Under the pieces are notes generated by a model, which searched no databases, was not told where the DNA came from, and was given only the letters and a program-made list of their open reading frames with translations. This document shows, in pieces, positions 44,686-54,506 of a stretch of DNA of 64,000 bases. This DNA is from Desulfatiglandales bacterium. GTDB taxonomy: Bacteria; Desulfobacterota; DSM-4660; Desulfatiglandales; HGW-15. Position 1 is the stretch's first letter; each line of letters opens with the position of its first letter. The position numbers and the translations under genes are program-made. The DNA lies in assembly GCA_963667015.2 (NCBI GenBank), contig CAXXJJ010000004.1:1408001-1472000 (forward strand), given 5' to 3'.

Positions 44686-45720
44686 TCAATTCATGGGTTT
44701 GATGTCTTTGACAGGATACCTGGCCCTGACATCAACAGACATATCCGCGTACTCATGGTTCAATACCCTGAAGTAGCCGGCAAGGGCAATCATGGCCCCG
44801 TTATCGGTGCAGAACTCGGGTCTGGGATAAAAAACCTTCATCCCTTCGTTACCTGCCTGAAGGGTTAATTTTTCCCGAAGCGTCCGGTTGCAGGCAACAC
44901 CGCCTGCCAGCACCAGGGATGAAACATTTTTATTCTTACCTGCTTTGATCAGCTTATTTATAAGAACTTCGAAAACCGCCTCCTGAAATGATGCGGTTAT
45001 ATCCTCCACGCTTATATTCTCCAGGTTTATATCTCCTTTATTTTTCCATTTATCTATATACAAAGAGACTGCAGTCTTTAATCCGCTAAAACTGAAATCA
45101 AATGATTCATCAGACATATATGCTCTTGGAAAGGCAATACTGTCAGGCCTGCCTGATCGTGATGTGGTCTCAATTATCGGTCCTCCGGGATAACCCAGCC
45201 CAAGTATCTTGGCCACCTTGTCTAATGCCTCACCGGCTGCATCATCAAGAGTCTGTCCCATCTGCTCATATTCCCCGGGGGCCTTGACATAATACAGGCT
45301 GGTATGCCCGCCTGAGACAGTAAGCGCAGTAAATGGAAAATCCGGATGATCTTCTTCAAGGAGTGTTGAAAGGATGTGACCCTCAAGATGATTAACATCA
45401 ATCAAAGGTATCCTGTTAAAAAATGAAAGTGTCTTTGCATAATATAGTCCCACAAGAAGAGACCCGATCAGACCAGGTCCAATGGTAACGGCAACAGCAT
45501 CCAGTTCCTTAAGAGTTATACCTGCCTTTGACAGTGCCTCATCAACCACAGGAACGATATTCCTTATGTGTTCACGTGAAGCCAGTTCAGGTACCACACC
45601 GCCATAGGGATTATGAAGATTAATCTGTGAATTTGTAACATTTGAAAGGACTGAACAACCATCGGTCAGTACAGCTGCAGATGTATCGTCACAGGACGTG
45701 TCAATTCCAAGAATATTCAT
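44686..45720 (-). CDS. tsaD: tRNA t6A biosynthesis protein TsaD
   Basis: GIDTSCDDT, GGVVPELASREH, HLEGH, TDNGAMIA. Confidence 0.97.
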   Translation of the reverse strand: MNILGIDTSCDDTSAAVLTDGCSVLSNVTNSQINLHNPYGGVVPELASREHIRNIVPVVDEALSKAGITLKELDAVAVTIGPGLIGSLLVGLYYAKTLSFFNRIPLIDVNHLEGHILSTLLEEDHPDFPFTALTVSGGHTSLYYVKAPGEYEQMGQTLDDAAGEALDKVAKILGLGYPGGPIIETTSRSGRPDSIAFPRAYMSDESFDFSFSGLKTAVSLYIDKWKNKGDINLENISVEDITASFQEAVFEVLINKLIKAGKNKNVSSLVLAGGVACNRTLREKLTLQAGNEGMKVFYPRPEFCTDNGAMIALAGYFRVLNHEYADMSVDVRARYPVKDIKPMN

Positions 45721-45745
45721 CTTTTTTATCTATTCTTTCTCTATT

Positions 45746-46549
45746 TCAGGAGAATTTAAGTTTATTTTTTATTTTTTCCATACGGCTTTCTTCAAGAACC
45801 TCAACAAGGATAACCGTAATATTATCACCCCCTCCACCTTTATTTGCCCCGTCGATAAGCGCTCTGACTTTTGATTCAATGGGTAGAAGCGAATGATTTA
45901 ACACTGTGTTAATTGCCTTCTCAGACATATAATTGGTCAGGCCGTCGGAACAAAGGAGTAATGTATCCCCGGCCTCAGGAACAATCTTTCTTGTAAACAC
46001 TTCAACATTTTCATCCATACCTATAACCCTGGTAAGCATATTTTTAAATGCTGAATTGTCTGACCCTGATAAATTTGTAAGCCCCATGCTCCGCTGTTCG
46101 GCTGCTATGGAATGCTCCTCGGATATTAAAACCAGTTTCCCCCTGTCGTTAAGATATACAGGACTGTCTCCAACATTTGCAAGCCAGAACGCATCACCTT
46201 CTGTTACAACAGCAGATACAGTAGATCCCATGCGCATGTATTCAGGCATTTTCTGAGCCTCATGAATCAGCCTGTTAGACATATGGATCGAATTAATCAG
46301 GTGATTTGCCTTTACTGACAGTTCATTATTAACAGGCTCTAAAAAAGAAGGCGTCTTCTTTAGCTTCAACTTGATCCAGTATTCAACCATTGTTTCAACA
46401 ATCATTCTACTCGCTATTTCACCGGCCCTGTGCCCACCCATACCGTCAGCAACAACGAATAATCCCAGGTCCTGCCTGACAAGGTACCTGTCTTCATTTT
46501 CTTTTCTTTTTAAACCTGTATCGGTATAGCCTGCTGATTTAAGTTTCAT
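45746..46549 (-). CDS. PP2C-family Ser/Thr phosphatase
   Basis: NED, VADGMGGH, NVGDS, LCSDGL, GGGDNIT. Confidence 0.93.
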   Translation of the reverse strand: MKLKSAGYTDTGLKRKENEDRYLVRQDLGLFVVADGMGGHRAGEIASRMIVETMVEYWIKLKLKKTPSFLEPVNNELSVKANHLINSIHMSNRLIHEAQKMPEYMRMGSTVSAVVTEGDAFWLANVGDSPVYLNDRGKLVLISEEHSIAAEQRSMGLTNLSGSDNSAFKNMLTRVIGMDENVEVFTRKIVPEAGDTLLLCSDGLTNYMSEKAINTVLNHSLLPIESKVRALIDGANKGGGGDNITVILVEVLEESRMEKIKNKLKFS

Positions 46550-46578
46550 TATTTTTCTGGATCTGTTTTATATTTCTG

Positions 46579-49164
46579 CTACTTGTTGTTCGCTGATTTC
46601 TTCCTGTTAGCAGCCTCGTCAATCTTTTTTAATATTACTCTGAGGTGTCCGGCCATCTGCCCCGCCTTCTGGTATCTTTTATTTACATCCTTTTCCAGGG
46701 CCTTGTCTATAATCTTCTCTATTACAACGGGAATCTTCGGGTTGATGGTTTTAACTGAAGGGTGTCTTTCCCTCGCGATCCTGTACATCATAGATGTCAT
46801 ATCCTCACCCTTGAAGGGTTTTTGTCCGCACAGCATCTCAAAGAGAACAACGCCAAGAGAAAATATATCCGACCGGCCATCCACCTTTTGACCTGACACC
46901 TGTTCCGGTGACATATAGGAAGGTGTACCCATAATGACACCGGTTTTTGTCTTGGAAGATGCGGTTATCCTTGCTATTCCAAAATCTGTAACCTTAACCT
47001 CCCCTGTTTCATTAATCCTCATTATATTGGCAGGTTTTATATCCCTGTGCACGACCCCTTTATTGTGGGCATATTCAAGGGCTTCGGCAACCTGGGCAAC
47101 AATCGAAATGGTATCTCTTACTGATAAAAGATTTTCTCTTTTCGTATGTTCTTCGAGATCCTTTCCCTTTAGAAATTCCATGGCGATATAAGCCAGATCA
47201 TGCTCTTCACCCGCATCATATATTGTAACAATATTAGGATGAGTCAAAAGCCCGGCTGATTCGGCTTCTCTGAAAAACCTTTCCTTCATTTCATCGAGCA
47301 TATTCTCATCAAATTCTGAAAGCCTTACAGTCTTAATGGCAACGGTACGGTGAATTTTGGGGTCCTCCCCCTTATATACAATACCCATGGCCCCCCGGCC
47401 CAGTTCATCAATAACCTCATAACGCCCCAGGGTAGGTTTGGTATCGGTATTAACAAGAGTTGCGCCTATATCTCCGGGATGTACGCTGGCACTAAACATC
47501 ATGGTGGCCTCAGCGCCCTTTAATTTTGGTATTCTCTCACTTAAATCCTTATAATCTTTTCCATCCTCTATTACCATGTTGTAGGTTGAGAGGGCCTTTG
47601 AAAACTGGCGTTTTCTTTCAAAATCCAGACCCAGGTTATATAAAAGATCTTTAGCTCCATCTTCTTCCAGGGGTATCTTCCGAAATTTATCAAGGGCCAG
47701 GTCAAGCATCCCCTGCTGCTGAAAAGAAATTCCAAGCATCTTATTAGTTTCAACAGAATCCGCCTCAACCTTTTCCTTTGTCTTTTCTGTAACAAGGAAT
47801 CTCTTTGAGATGATGAGAATATATCCGACAACAAGAAGAATCAAGGGAGGCGCTATCTCAAGCCATATATTCCTGGAAAAAAAGAGATAACTGCCGATTA
47901 TTCCATAGGCAAAGAAGAGCAGAAGTGTTGTAGCTGCCCCCATTCGTGCCCTGAGTTTGGGGAGGACAAAAGATATAAAAAGTCCGAAAAAGAGCATTGT
48001 CCCGAACTTAAAAACCTTTGTCCAGAAGGGTTTATAGTAAAATCTCTGGTTAAGAATATTGTCAACCGTATTTGCAAGCACCTCAACACCGGGCATCAGC
48101 CCAGATACAGGGGTTACATATTCATCGCCTATTCCCTGGGCCACATGACCGATAATAACTATCTTGCCCTTGAATATATTCATCTGAACTTCTTTTTTCA
48201 GGACCTTTGAAAATGATGTTGAATGAAATACTATTCCCGGTCCATCTTTCCAGTTTATAAGAGTTCCTTTCTCATATTCCATTAGAGGGACAATGACATT
48301 GGAAGTCGGATTCACCTTAAAATCAATATACTTTCCGTCCTCTTCACTCAAGGACAATGTCACTTTGTCGTCATTCAGGCCCTTAAACAACCTGACTATT
48401 GTAACTGCATATGACGGCACATAAATATCATCAAGATACCCGAGAACATGTAACTGTTTTCTTAAATATCCATCACTTTTATCGGGGAACAATTGATTAT
48501 GCCCTGTACCTGCGGCCACTTCTGTAAAACGGCTGAGAGGCGGGATTATTTTTTCATACCACTCTATACCGGAACCAGATAACTCGTCGCTGTTGATTTT
48601 TTTAAATGAATCCCTTGAGATAAAGGTTGGAGCCATATCATCGCGTGCCTGACTCAGATCATCAAAGAAAAAAGGAACAACTACATTACCTGCATTTTTT
48701 ATGGCCTCCTGAAGTTTTGAATCATTATCCAGGTCTTTTTCAACTTCACTCATTTTTTTAAAAAAAACGAGACCATTGTTTTCCCGCTGGGCAAGCTTAA
48801 GCGCGTCAAATTCCTTTTTAAGATCCTTGATCGCCTTAAGTCCTGCATTTTCTTCGGGCTCAGAGAAAAATATATTCAGGGCAATTACCTTTGCCCCGGC
48901 TTCATGCAGATTATCAATACATTTTGCGATTACACTTCTTGGCCATGGCCATCTGCCCAGCTCATTAATATCATCATTTGTTATTTCAACCAGCTCTATA
49001 TCGGGGCTTCTTTCATCAGATGCTGCAAGCCTGGCCCTCAGGTCATAGCTCTTCATCTCAATGGTATGAGTGAAATCAAAGGAGTCTGAAAACATGATAA
49101 GCAGAAAAATAAGGGTCAGCGCAATACCGATTACCCATTCTGAGAAGATTTTTTGAATTTTCAT
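46579..49164 (-). CDS. CHASE2-domain membrane Ser/Thr protein kinase
   Basis: GRWPWPRS (CHASE2), three TM helices, TPR-like linker, GRGAMG, HRDIKPAN, DFG, GTPSYMSPE. Confidence 0.92.
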   Translation of the reverse strand: MKIQKIFSEWVIGIALTLIFLLIMFSDSFDFTHTIEMKSYDLRARLAASDERSPDIELVEITNDDINELGRWPWPRSVIAKCIDNLHEAGAKVIALNIFFSEPEENAGLKAIKDLKKEFDALKLAQRENNGLVFFKKMSEVEKDLDNDSKLQEAIKNAGNVVVPFFFDDLSQARDDMAPTFISRDSFKKINSDELSGSGIEWYEKIIPPLSRFTEVAAGTGHNQLFPDKSDGYLRKQLHVLGYLDDIYVPSYAVTIVRLFKGLNDDKVTLSLSEEDGKYIDFKVNPTSNVIVPLMEYEKGTLINWKDGPGIVFHSTSFSKVLKKEVQMNIFKGKIVIIGHVAQGIGDEYVTPVSGLMPGVEVLANTVDNILNQRFYYKPFWTKVFKFGTMLFFGLFISFVLPKLRARMGAATTLLLFFAYGIIGSYLFFSRNIWLEIAPPLILLVVGYILIISKRFLVTEKTKEKVEADSVETNKMLGISFQQQGMLDLALDKFRKIPLEEDGAKDLLYNLGLDFERKRQFSKALSTYNMVIEDGKDYKDLSERIPKLKGAEATMMFSASVHPGDIGATLVNTDTKPTLGRYEVIDELGRGAMGIVYKGEDPKIHRTVAIKTVRLSEFDENMLDEMKERFFREAESAGLLTHPNIVTIYDAGEEHDLAYIAMEFLKGKDLEEHTKRENLLSVRDTISIVAQVAEALEYAHNKGVVHRDIKPANIMRINETGEVKVTDFGIARITASSKTKTGVIMGTPSYMSPEQVSGQKVDGRSDIFSLGVVLFEMLCGQKPFKGEDMTSMMYRIARERHPSVKTINPKIPVVIEKIIDKALEKDVNKRYQKAGQMAGHLRVILKKIDEAANRKKSANNK

Positions 49165-49215
49165 ATCAGATTATCCCGTTTCAGCATAAATAAGGTTTAA
49201 TCAACCTGAAAATTA

Positions 49216-49584
49216 TCAGAGCCTGACATAAGGTGCAATCTTTAAAAACAGTTTTTCACCTATACCGTGGATCGTCTTAAGTTCGTCAATGTCTTTAAAT
49301 CCCTTTCTCTTTATTCTTTCCTTTTCAATTGTCAGGGCCAGAGAGTTCCCTATACCAGGGATAGCTGTAAGGCCCTCAACAGACTCCCTGTTTATACTTA
49401 AAGGGATACCGAGAGTAACCTTATGGAATGCAGATATCTCGCTTTTTTCCGGATATTCCGCAGACTCTTTTTCAATACTGTTAATCCCTCTGTCATTATC
49501 CCTGGCCATATAAAAAATGATAAAGATGAACAGCAGTAATATTAAAAAGCCATTAGATCTGTTAAAGGTTCTCTGATTGCTCAT
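49216..49584 (-). CDS. ComEA-like helix-hairpin-helix DNA-binding protein
   Basis: IPGIG and IHGIG HhH motifs, N-terminal TM helix. Confidence 0.85.
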   Translation of the reverse strand: MSNQRTFNRSNGFLILLLFIFIIFYMARDNDRGINSIEKESAEYPEKSEISAFHKVTLGIPLSINRESVEGLTAIPGIGNSLALTIEKERIKRKGFKDIDELKTIHGIGEKLFLKIAPYVRL

Positions 49585-50794
49585 TATCCAGACCGAATGC
49601 CTCGTGAAGGACCCTTACTGCCAGTTCAGTATATTTTTCTTCAATAATGCAGGATACCTTTATTTCAGAGGTACTTATCATCATAATATTTATATTCTCC
49701 CGTGACAGTGTCTCAAACATCCGCTGAGCCACCCCTGCGTGGGTTCTCATTCCAACTCCAACTATTGATACCTTGGAAATATTTTCATCACCAAGAATTC
49801 TCTGGGCGCCGATTTCCCTGGCCACACCGCTCAAAAGTTTCATGGTCCGGTAAAAATCAGATTTTATTACTGTAAAGGTAAGGTCGGTTAAGCCTTCATC
49901 GCTTGTATTCTGTACGATCATATCTACGACAATACCTTCCTTTACCAGGGGCTTAAATATCCGGGAGGCAATCCCGGGTTTATCAGGCACCTTTAAAACT
50001 GTTATTCTTGCCTCATCTTTATTAAATGCTACACCGGACACAAGAACCTTTTCCATATCTTTTGTCTCAGCAATTACCATTGTACCCCTTTCATTTGAAA
50101 ATGTTGATCTCACATGGACAGGGACGTTGAATTTTTTTGCAAATTCAACAGACCTGATTTCCAGAACCTTTGCCCCCATGCTTGACATCTCAAGCATTTC
50201 CTCATAGGAAATAAAGTCCATCTTTCTGGCCCTGGGGCAGATGTTAGGGTCTGTAGTATATATACCTTCCACATCGGTATATATTTCGCATACATCGGCT
50301 TTAAGGGCGGCAGCCAGGGCTACAGCAGTAGTATCCGAACCGCCCCGTCCGAGTGTGGTTATGTTATCATCCGAATTTATCCCCTGGAATCCTGCCACAG
50401 CAACGATTCGTCTGTTATCCAGTTCCTTCAGTATCCGTTCGGTTTTTATATCATGTATCCTGGCCCTGCCATAAATATCATCAGTCCGGATTCCCACCTG
50501 AAACCCCAGGAGGGAACAGGCATCATAGCCAAGAGATTTCAAGGCCATGCAGAAAAGCGCTATACTGACCTGTTCACCGGTCGACATAAGGACATCGAGC
50601 TCCCTGGCATCCGGTTCCTCGGTGATATCATTTGCCAGCTTTATAAGGCCGTCAGTCTGACCTGACATTGCAGACAGGACCACGACCATGCTGTTTCCTT
50701 TTTCATAATATTCTATCACTTTCCTGGCAACATTTTTTATCTTCTCAATGCTGCCGACTGATGTGCCACCATATTTCTGTACAATAAGCGACAT
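49562..50794 (-). CDS. lysC: Aspartate kinase
   Basis: [20 protein letters not shown], two ACT domains. Confidence 0.97.
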   Translation of the reverse strand: MSLIVQKYGGTSVGSIEKIKNVARKVIEYYEKGNSMVVVLSAMSGQTDGLIKLANDITEEPDARELDVLMSTGEQVSIALFCMALKSLGYDACSLLGFQVGIRTDDIYGRARIHDIKTERILKELDNRRIVAVAGFQGINSDDNITTLGRGGSDTTAVALAAALKADVCEIYTDVEGIYTTDPNICPRARKMDFISYEEMLEMSSMGAKVLEIRSVEFAKKFNVPVHVRSTFSNERGTMVIAETKDMEKVLVSGVAFNKDEARITVLKVPDKPGIASRIFKPLVKEGIVVDMIVQNTSDEGLTDLTFTVIKSDFYRTMKLLSGVAREIGAQRILGDENISKVSIVGVGMRTHAGVAQRMFETLSRENINIMMISTSEIKVSCIIEEKYTELAVRVLHEAFGLDNEQSENL

Positions 50795-50847
50795 CTTTAT
50801 CTGTTACTGCCTCCTTAAAACCGGACTACTGCCGATCTGTAATATAT

Positions 50848-51312
50848 TTATTTTAACTTAATTCTGTTATCAATTTTATTTAATATATCCGGGTCATCCG
50901 AGTTTATCTCAATAGACCGCTTATTATCCCCAAGGATATCAATCTTTACATTTATATATCCGCGGGGAAGTATCCCGGGGCACCTCTCTGCCCATTCCAC
51001 AACAACAACGCTCTGATCATGAAAATAATCATCCAGGCCCACTGTCATGATATCTGACAGATTATCCAGCCTGTAAAGGTCCATGTGATATAAAAGGCAT
51101 CTCCCCTCATATTCATTAACAAGCGAAAATGAAGGGCTGGTTATTATCTCATCAGGACTCACACCAAAACCAAGACCAATACCTTTGGTAAACCATGTTT
51201 TTCCGCTTCCCAGGGTTCCTGATAGCGCAACAACATCGCCGGCAGAGAGGATAAGCCCCAGTTTTTTACCTATATCAACAGTTTCAATATCCGAATTACT
51301 TAAATATTTCAA
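50848..51312 (-). CDS. tsaE: tRNA t6A biosynthesis ATPase TsaE
   Basis: GTLGSGKT, SPSFSLVNEY, HMDLYRL, VEWA. Confidence 0.95.
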   Translation of the reverse strand: MKYLSNSDIETVDIGKKLGLILSAGDVVALSGTLGSGKTWFTKGIGLGFGVSPDEIITSPSFSLVNEYEGRCLLYHMDLYRLDNLSDIMTVGLDDYFHDQSVVVVEWAERCPGILPRGYINVKIDILGDNKRSIEINSDDPDILNKIDNRIKLK

Positions 51313-51536
51313 GAGTTTTGCTTCCCAATCATTTGTTTGAATAGGATGATTCTATTATCTTTATCAAGAAGGGGCAACAGATAATTTTTTTGTTTGATAT
51401 CTATGGCAGGTTAATATTTACAGGCGGAGTTGATAAAATCAACAGATTTTCTATTTAAGGCCCTTTTGGTATCCGGAAAGCTCAAAAAAAGAATCTTTTT
51501 CCGGGTCAAAATTGGAGTTTATCAATTTCAACCGGA

Positions 51537-51950
51537 TTAAATGATGAATGGATTAATAATTTTTATCCCTTTAATAACCTGGCTGTTGCTTAAATCCTCG
51601 GTCCAGATCATTTCGCAAAGTGCCTTTTCTCCTGCAATAAGTATGAGTGAATCCCAAAATGAAAGCCTTTGCAGGATGCTGCAGTCGATCGCATCTTTTA
51701 TCATTTCTGTCGTTACCAGAACTGTCTCATAATTCCTAAATTTATTAACCATTTCTTTAGCCAGTATGGGGTCAACTCCCAGTTTTCTGGTAGCTGTAAC
51801 ATAGAATTCCTGCAATACCTGTGTTGAAATAACACCAGAGTGTTCGAAAGCTGCTTTCTTTAACAACTCTCTTGCCCTTTTTTGCTTTTCAGGATCATGT
51901 TTGTCCAGGCTGTAAATAAGGATATTGGTATCTATGAATATTTTAGACAT
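51537..51950 (-). CDS. PIN-domain (VapC-like) toxin
   Basis: FIDTNILIY, STQVLQEF, SFWDSLI, WTEDL. Start placed at ATG 51950, overlapping the antitoxin stop. Confidence 0.9.
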   Translation of the reverse strand: MSKIFIDTNILIYSLDKHDPEKQKRARELLKKAAFEHSGVISTQVLQEFYVTATRKLGVDPILAKEMVNKFRNYETVLVTTEMIKDAIDCSILQRLSFWDSLILIAGEKALCEMIWTEDLSNSQVIKGIKIINPFII

Positions 51951-52167
51951 CGTATAGCTCTTCCCGGCTCCATTTTTTACCTTTAGAATCCGCTTGAGCG
52001 CTGTCCATAAGTCGTTCGCATTCTTCAAACCATTCACCAGATACCGAGGGAATATTTTTTTCAAGCAGATCTCTGATGATAGCGTTTAACGAAGTATTAT
52101 GGTTTTTTGCATATTCTCTTCCCATCTTTAGAAGATCTTCATTAATAGAGATTGTTATATTCGCCAT
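51943..52167 (-). CDS. Ribbon-helix-helix-type antitoxin
   Basis: NITISINEDLL..GREYA...TSLNAIIRDLL, WSREELYD; directly upstream of the PIN gene. Confidence 0.85.
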   Translation of the reverse strand: MANITISINEDLLKMGREYAKNHNTSLNAIIRDLLEKNIPSVSGEWFEECERLMDSAQADSKGKKWSREELYDV

Positions 52168-52180
52168 GATTGCCTCCTCC

Positions 52181-52227
52181 TGTTAAACATATTAACACAT
52201 TATAAGTGCACACATAATACGTGTCAA
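52181..52227 (-). promoter_or_regulatory. Consensus sigma70 promoter of the TA operon with a palindromic operator candidate
   Basis: Minus strand TTGACA (52227-52222)-17 nt-TATAAT (52204-52199). Inverted repeat TGTTAA-N5-TTAACA at 52181-52197. Confidence 0.8.
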
Positions 52228-52563
52228 GATTACATTGTTCATATTTTACTGGTAAAGCGGAAATCAGAGAGGGAGATAAAGGATTTCTGGAACATTTATG
52301 AGCTAATCGGAGACCCGCACATATCAAAACTCGTTAAAAGTTACTAACTGACCACTAAAATTAACCCCCTGTTTTCGTAAGATAATTGCAGTATCAAATG
52401 GCTAGGCTTTTTTTGATAAATTTACGGCCTGTTCCATAAATATATGGAACATCAGATTTTATCTTTTACTTTCTGTTTAAGGAGGTAGTATGCCTGGTAA
52501 TGAAATGGCCGATGATTGTCCCAGCAATAATAAATCCCAGCCGCATAATCAACTTATAATCTT

Positions 52564-52821
52564 ATGGGCATCCCCCTTCACTATGGCGTTCCCATGGTGA
52601 AGATTTGTGTCGAGAACGAAGCCGCAGGAACAGTTGAGCACATTTGGTTGGAAGGTGTGTATTTCGAAGAGTCCGAGGTTGTAGGAACCGTTGTTGATCA
52701 GACAACCGAATACAGAAGCCCTATCTCGAAAGTTACGGATTGGATGTATTTTGAGGGGGAGAAAATGTACGGTGGTTTTGTGGAGCGAATTCTCATGAAA
52801 CGAGCGGGAATTGACGAATGA
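52564..52821 (+). pseudogene. Cassette 1 gene: probable 5'-truncated DUF2314/YegJ-like protein
   Basis: EHIWL...DWMY...MYGGF.ERIL resembles the C-terminal half of DUF2314. Stop is 3 nt before attC1. No RBS at this ATG. Confidence 0.5.
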
Positions 52822-52832
52822 ATTGCCGAACA

Positions 52833-53462
52833 CTTATAAGGCCTCCGCTTGTCAATAGGAAATAGTTCATCGAAGCCGAAAAAGTATTAGTTTTTTTCAG
52901 TCTGAGCAACACGTCCTATTGAATCAGTAAGTAACAGCTCTGACTTAATTTCATATTCAGTTAAGGATATAAAGATCCTGCACCAAACACTTATTGAGGT
53001 TCAACAGTCTTATAATCCAAAGGTTGTCCAGCATTGCTACTGATCAGCAGGAATATCATTTGCGCGAGAATGGGTCTGAGTTAACTCGTCGGAGCGTAAA
53101 TGATATTCCTGCGGCCCAAGGGTTACAGACCGCTGCAAACATATAAATATGAATGCGACCTAGAAATAATACCGTGCCCTCATGCCGTCCTAGTCAAAAC
53201 GAATGGTTGATAAACTGCATCACCAGTTAGTTACAGGATCGGGGAGGGGCAGAACCTTACCTACGAGCCAAAAGGCACGTTGATATATTAAGGAGCGAGA
53301 CGGATCGCTAATCAACACGTGAGAATCCGGGATAATTTATTACACATCATCCGCTGAGTGCTCTATGTCACATGGGTTTTCTTGACCCCGCCTGGATGCG
53401 GTTATGTGTTTCTTCCCTGTATGGTTCAAGTTAGACGTCGAGCTTATCCGCCTCCTCCATCT
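52833..53462 (-). ncRNA. Putative bridge/seek RNA-encoding non-coding end of the IS
   Basis: 630 nt with no ORF in the track, 3' of the transposase, containing hairpins and short matches to the attC target. RNA boundaries unknown. Confidence 0.6.
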
Positions 53463-54506
53463 CTAAAGCCCAAAGAATAGTTCCTGATCAAAGGGCTTCC
53501 TGTTCTTCAACATAAAATATACTGCACGACCCAGCTTGTGTGCCAGGATAGATAATGCTTTGCCTTTGCCGTATTTATTTGCATGCTTATCCAGATATTT
53601 TTTTGCCTGCTTATTACCCCGGATAAATAGAACTGCTGCTTCGGAAAAAGCCCATTTTAGATGAGCATTTCCTATCTTCTTGCCACTTGAGCCATATTTT
53701 TTACCATTTGATTCCTTTGAGCATTTTACAAGCCTGCAATAGGAAGCAAAATCCTGGACAGTCGGAAATCTGTTAATATCATTAATTTCATAAAGAATTA
53801 CCATAGATAAAATCTTCCCTATTCCGCTGATAGTGTTAAGTATAGCAAGAGATATTGGGTCATGATGCCTTGCCGTTTTTACGATGTTCCATTCCATGGA
53901 AGCAATAATAGGATCATAGGCTTCAATCACCTGAAGATCGACAGCTACCATATTTTGCACGGAAGGGTCATCAAACTTCTCTACAACTCCTTCACGATGT
54001 TTAGGTCTGGAGATTTTACCGATAGAATCATCCAGAAGATACTGGCTCCTTGTATTTTGTATATGGCTGAAGAGTTCAGCCCTTTTTCTCACCAGATGAG
54101 TTCGTCTTCTCAAAAGATCTCTTGTAGATCTCATTTTTTGAGGGTATACATATGCTTGAGGTAACATTCCACCTCTGAGAATAACCGCTATTTTATGTGA
54201 ATCGATTCTATCATTTTTAGCTTTGCCACCATGTATGGCTTTCATGTATAATGCGTGGCCAAGAACGAAAGGGATATTTTCTTCAGAGCATAGATCTGCG
54301 ATCCAGTACCATGTAAACATACACTCGACACAGACGACAATGTCTTCCCTGTATGGTTCAATGACTTTAAGGAATACTTCCCTGTCAGTTTTTATGTTTC
54401 TGTGAACCATTTTTTCTCCTGCTTCATCAAGAATGCAGACATACATTTTGTTTGTGTGAAGATCGATTCCGCAATAGTATTTGTGTTGTTTTGTATAAAA
54501 ATTCAT
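53463..54506 (-). CDS. IS110-family DEDD transposase/recombinase
   Basis: CGIDLH, VCVE, KAKNDRIDS, ISGIG, SKESNGK, GNAHLKWAF. Start placed at ATG 54506 (RBS AAGGAG). Confidence 0.95.
   Translation of the reverse strand: MNFYTKQHKYYCGIDLHTNKMYVCILDEAGEKMVHRNIKTDREVFLKVIEPYREDIVVCVECMFTWYWIADLCSEENIPFVLGHALYMKAIHGGKAKNDRIDSHKIAVILRGGMLPQAYVYPQKMRSTRDLLRRRTHLVRKRAELFSHIQNTRSQYLLDDSIGKISRPKHREGVVEKFDDPSVQNMVAVDLQVIEAYDPIIASMEWNIVKTARHHDPISLAILNTISGIGKILSMVILYEINDINRFPTVQDFASYCRLVKCSKESNGKKYGSSGKKIGNAHLKWAFSEAAVLFIRGNKQAKKYLDKHANKYGKGKALSILAHKLGRAVYFMLKNRKPFDQELFFGL

Noticed and set aside
51313..52330. TA module as an integron cassette
   Set aside because: No attC boxes found on either side.
52200..52490. 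Integron integrase or attI upstream of the array
   Set aside because: No tyrosine-recombinase ORF or motif, and no attI I can recognise.
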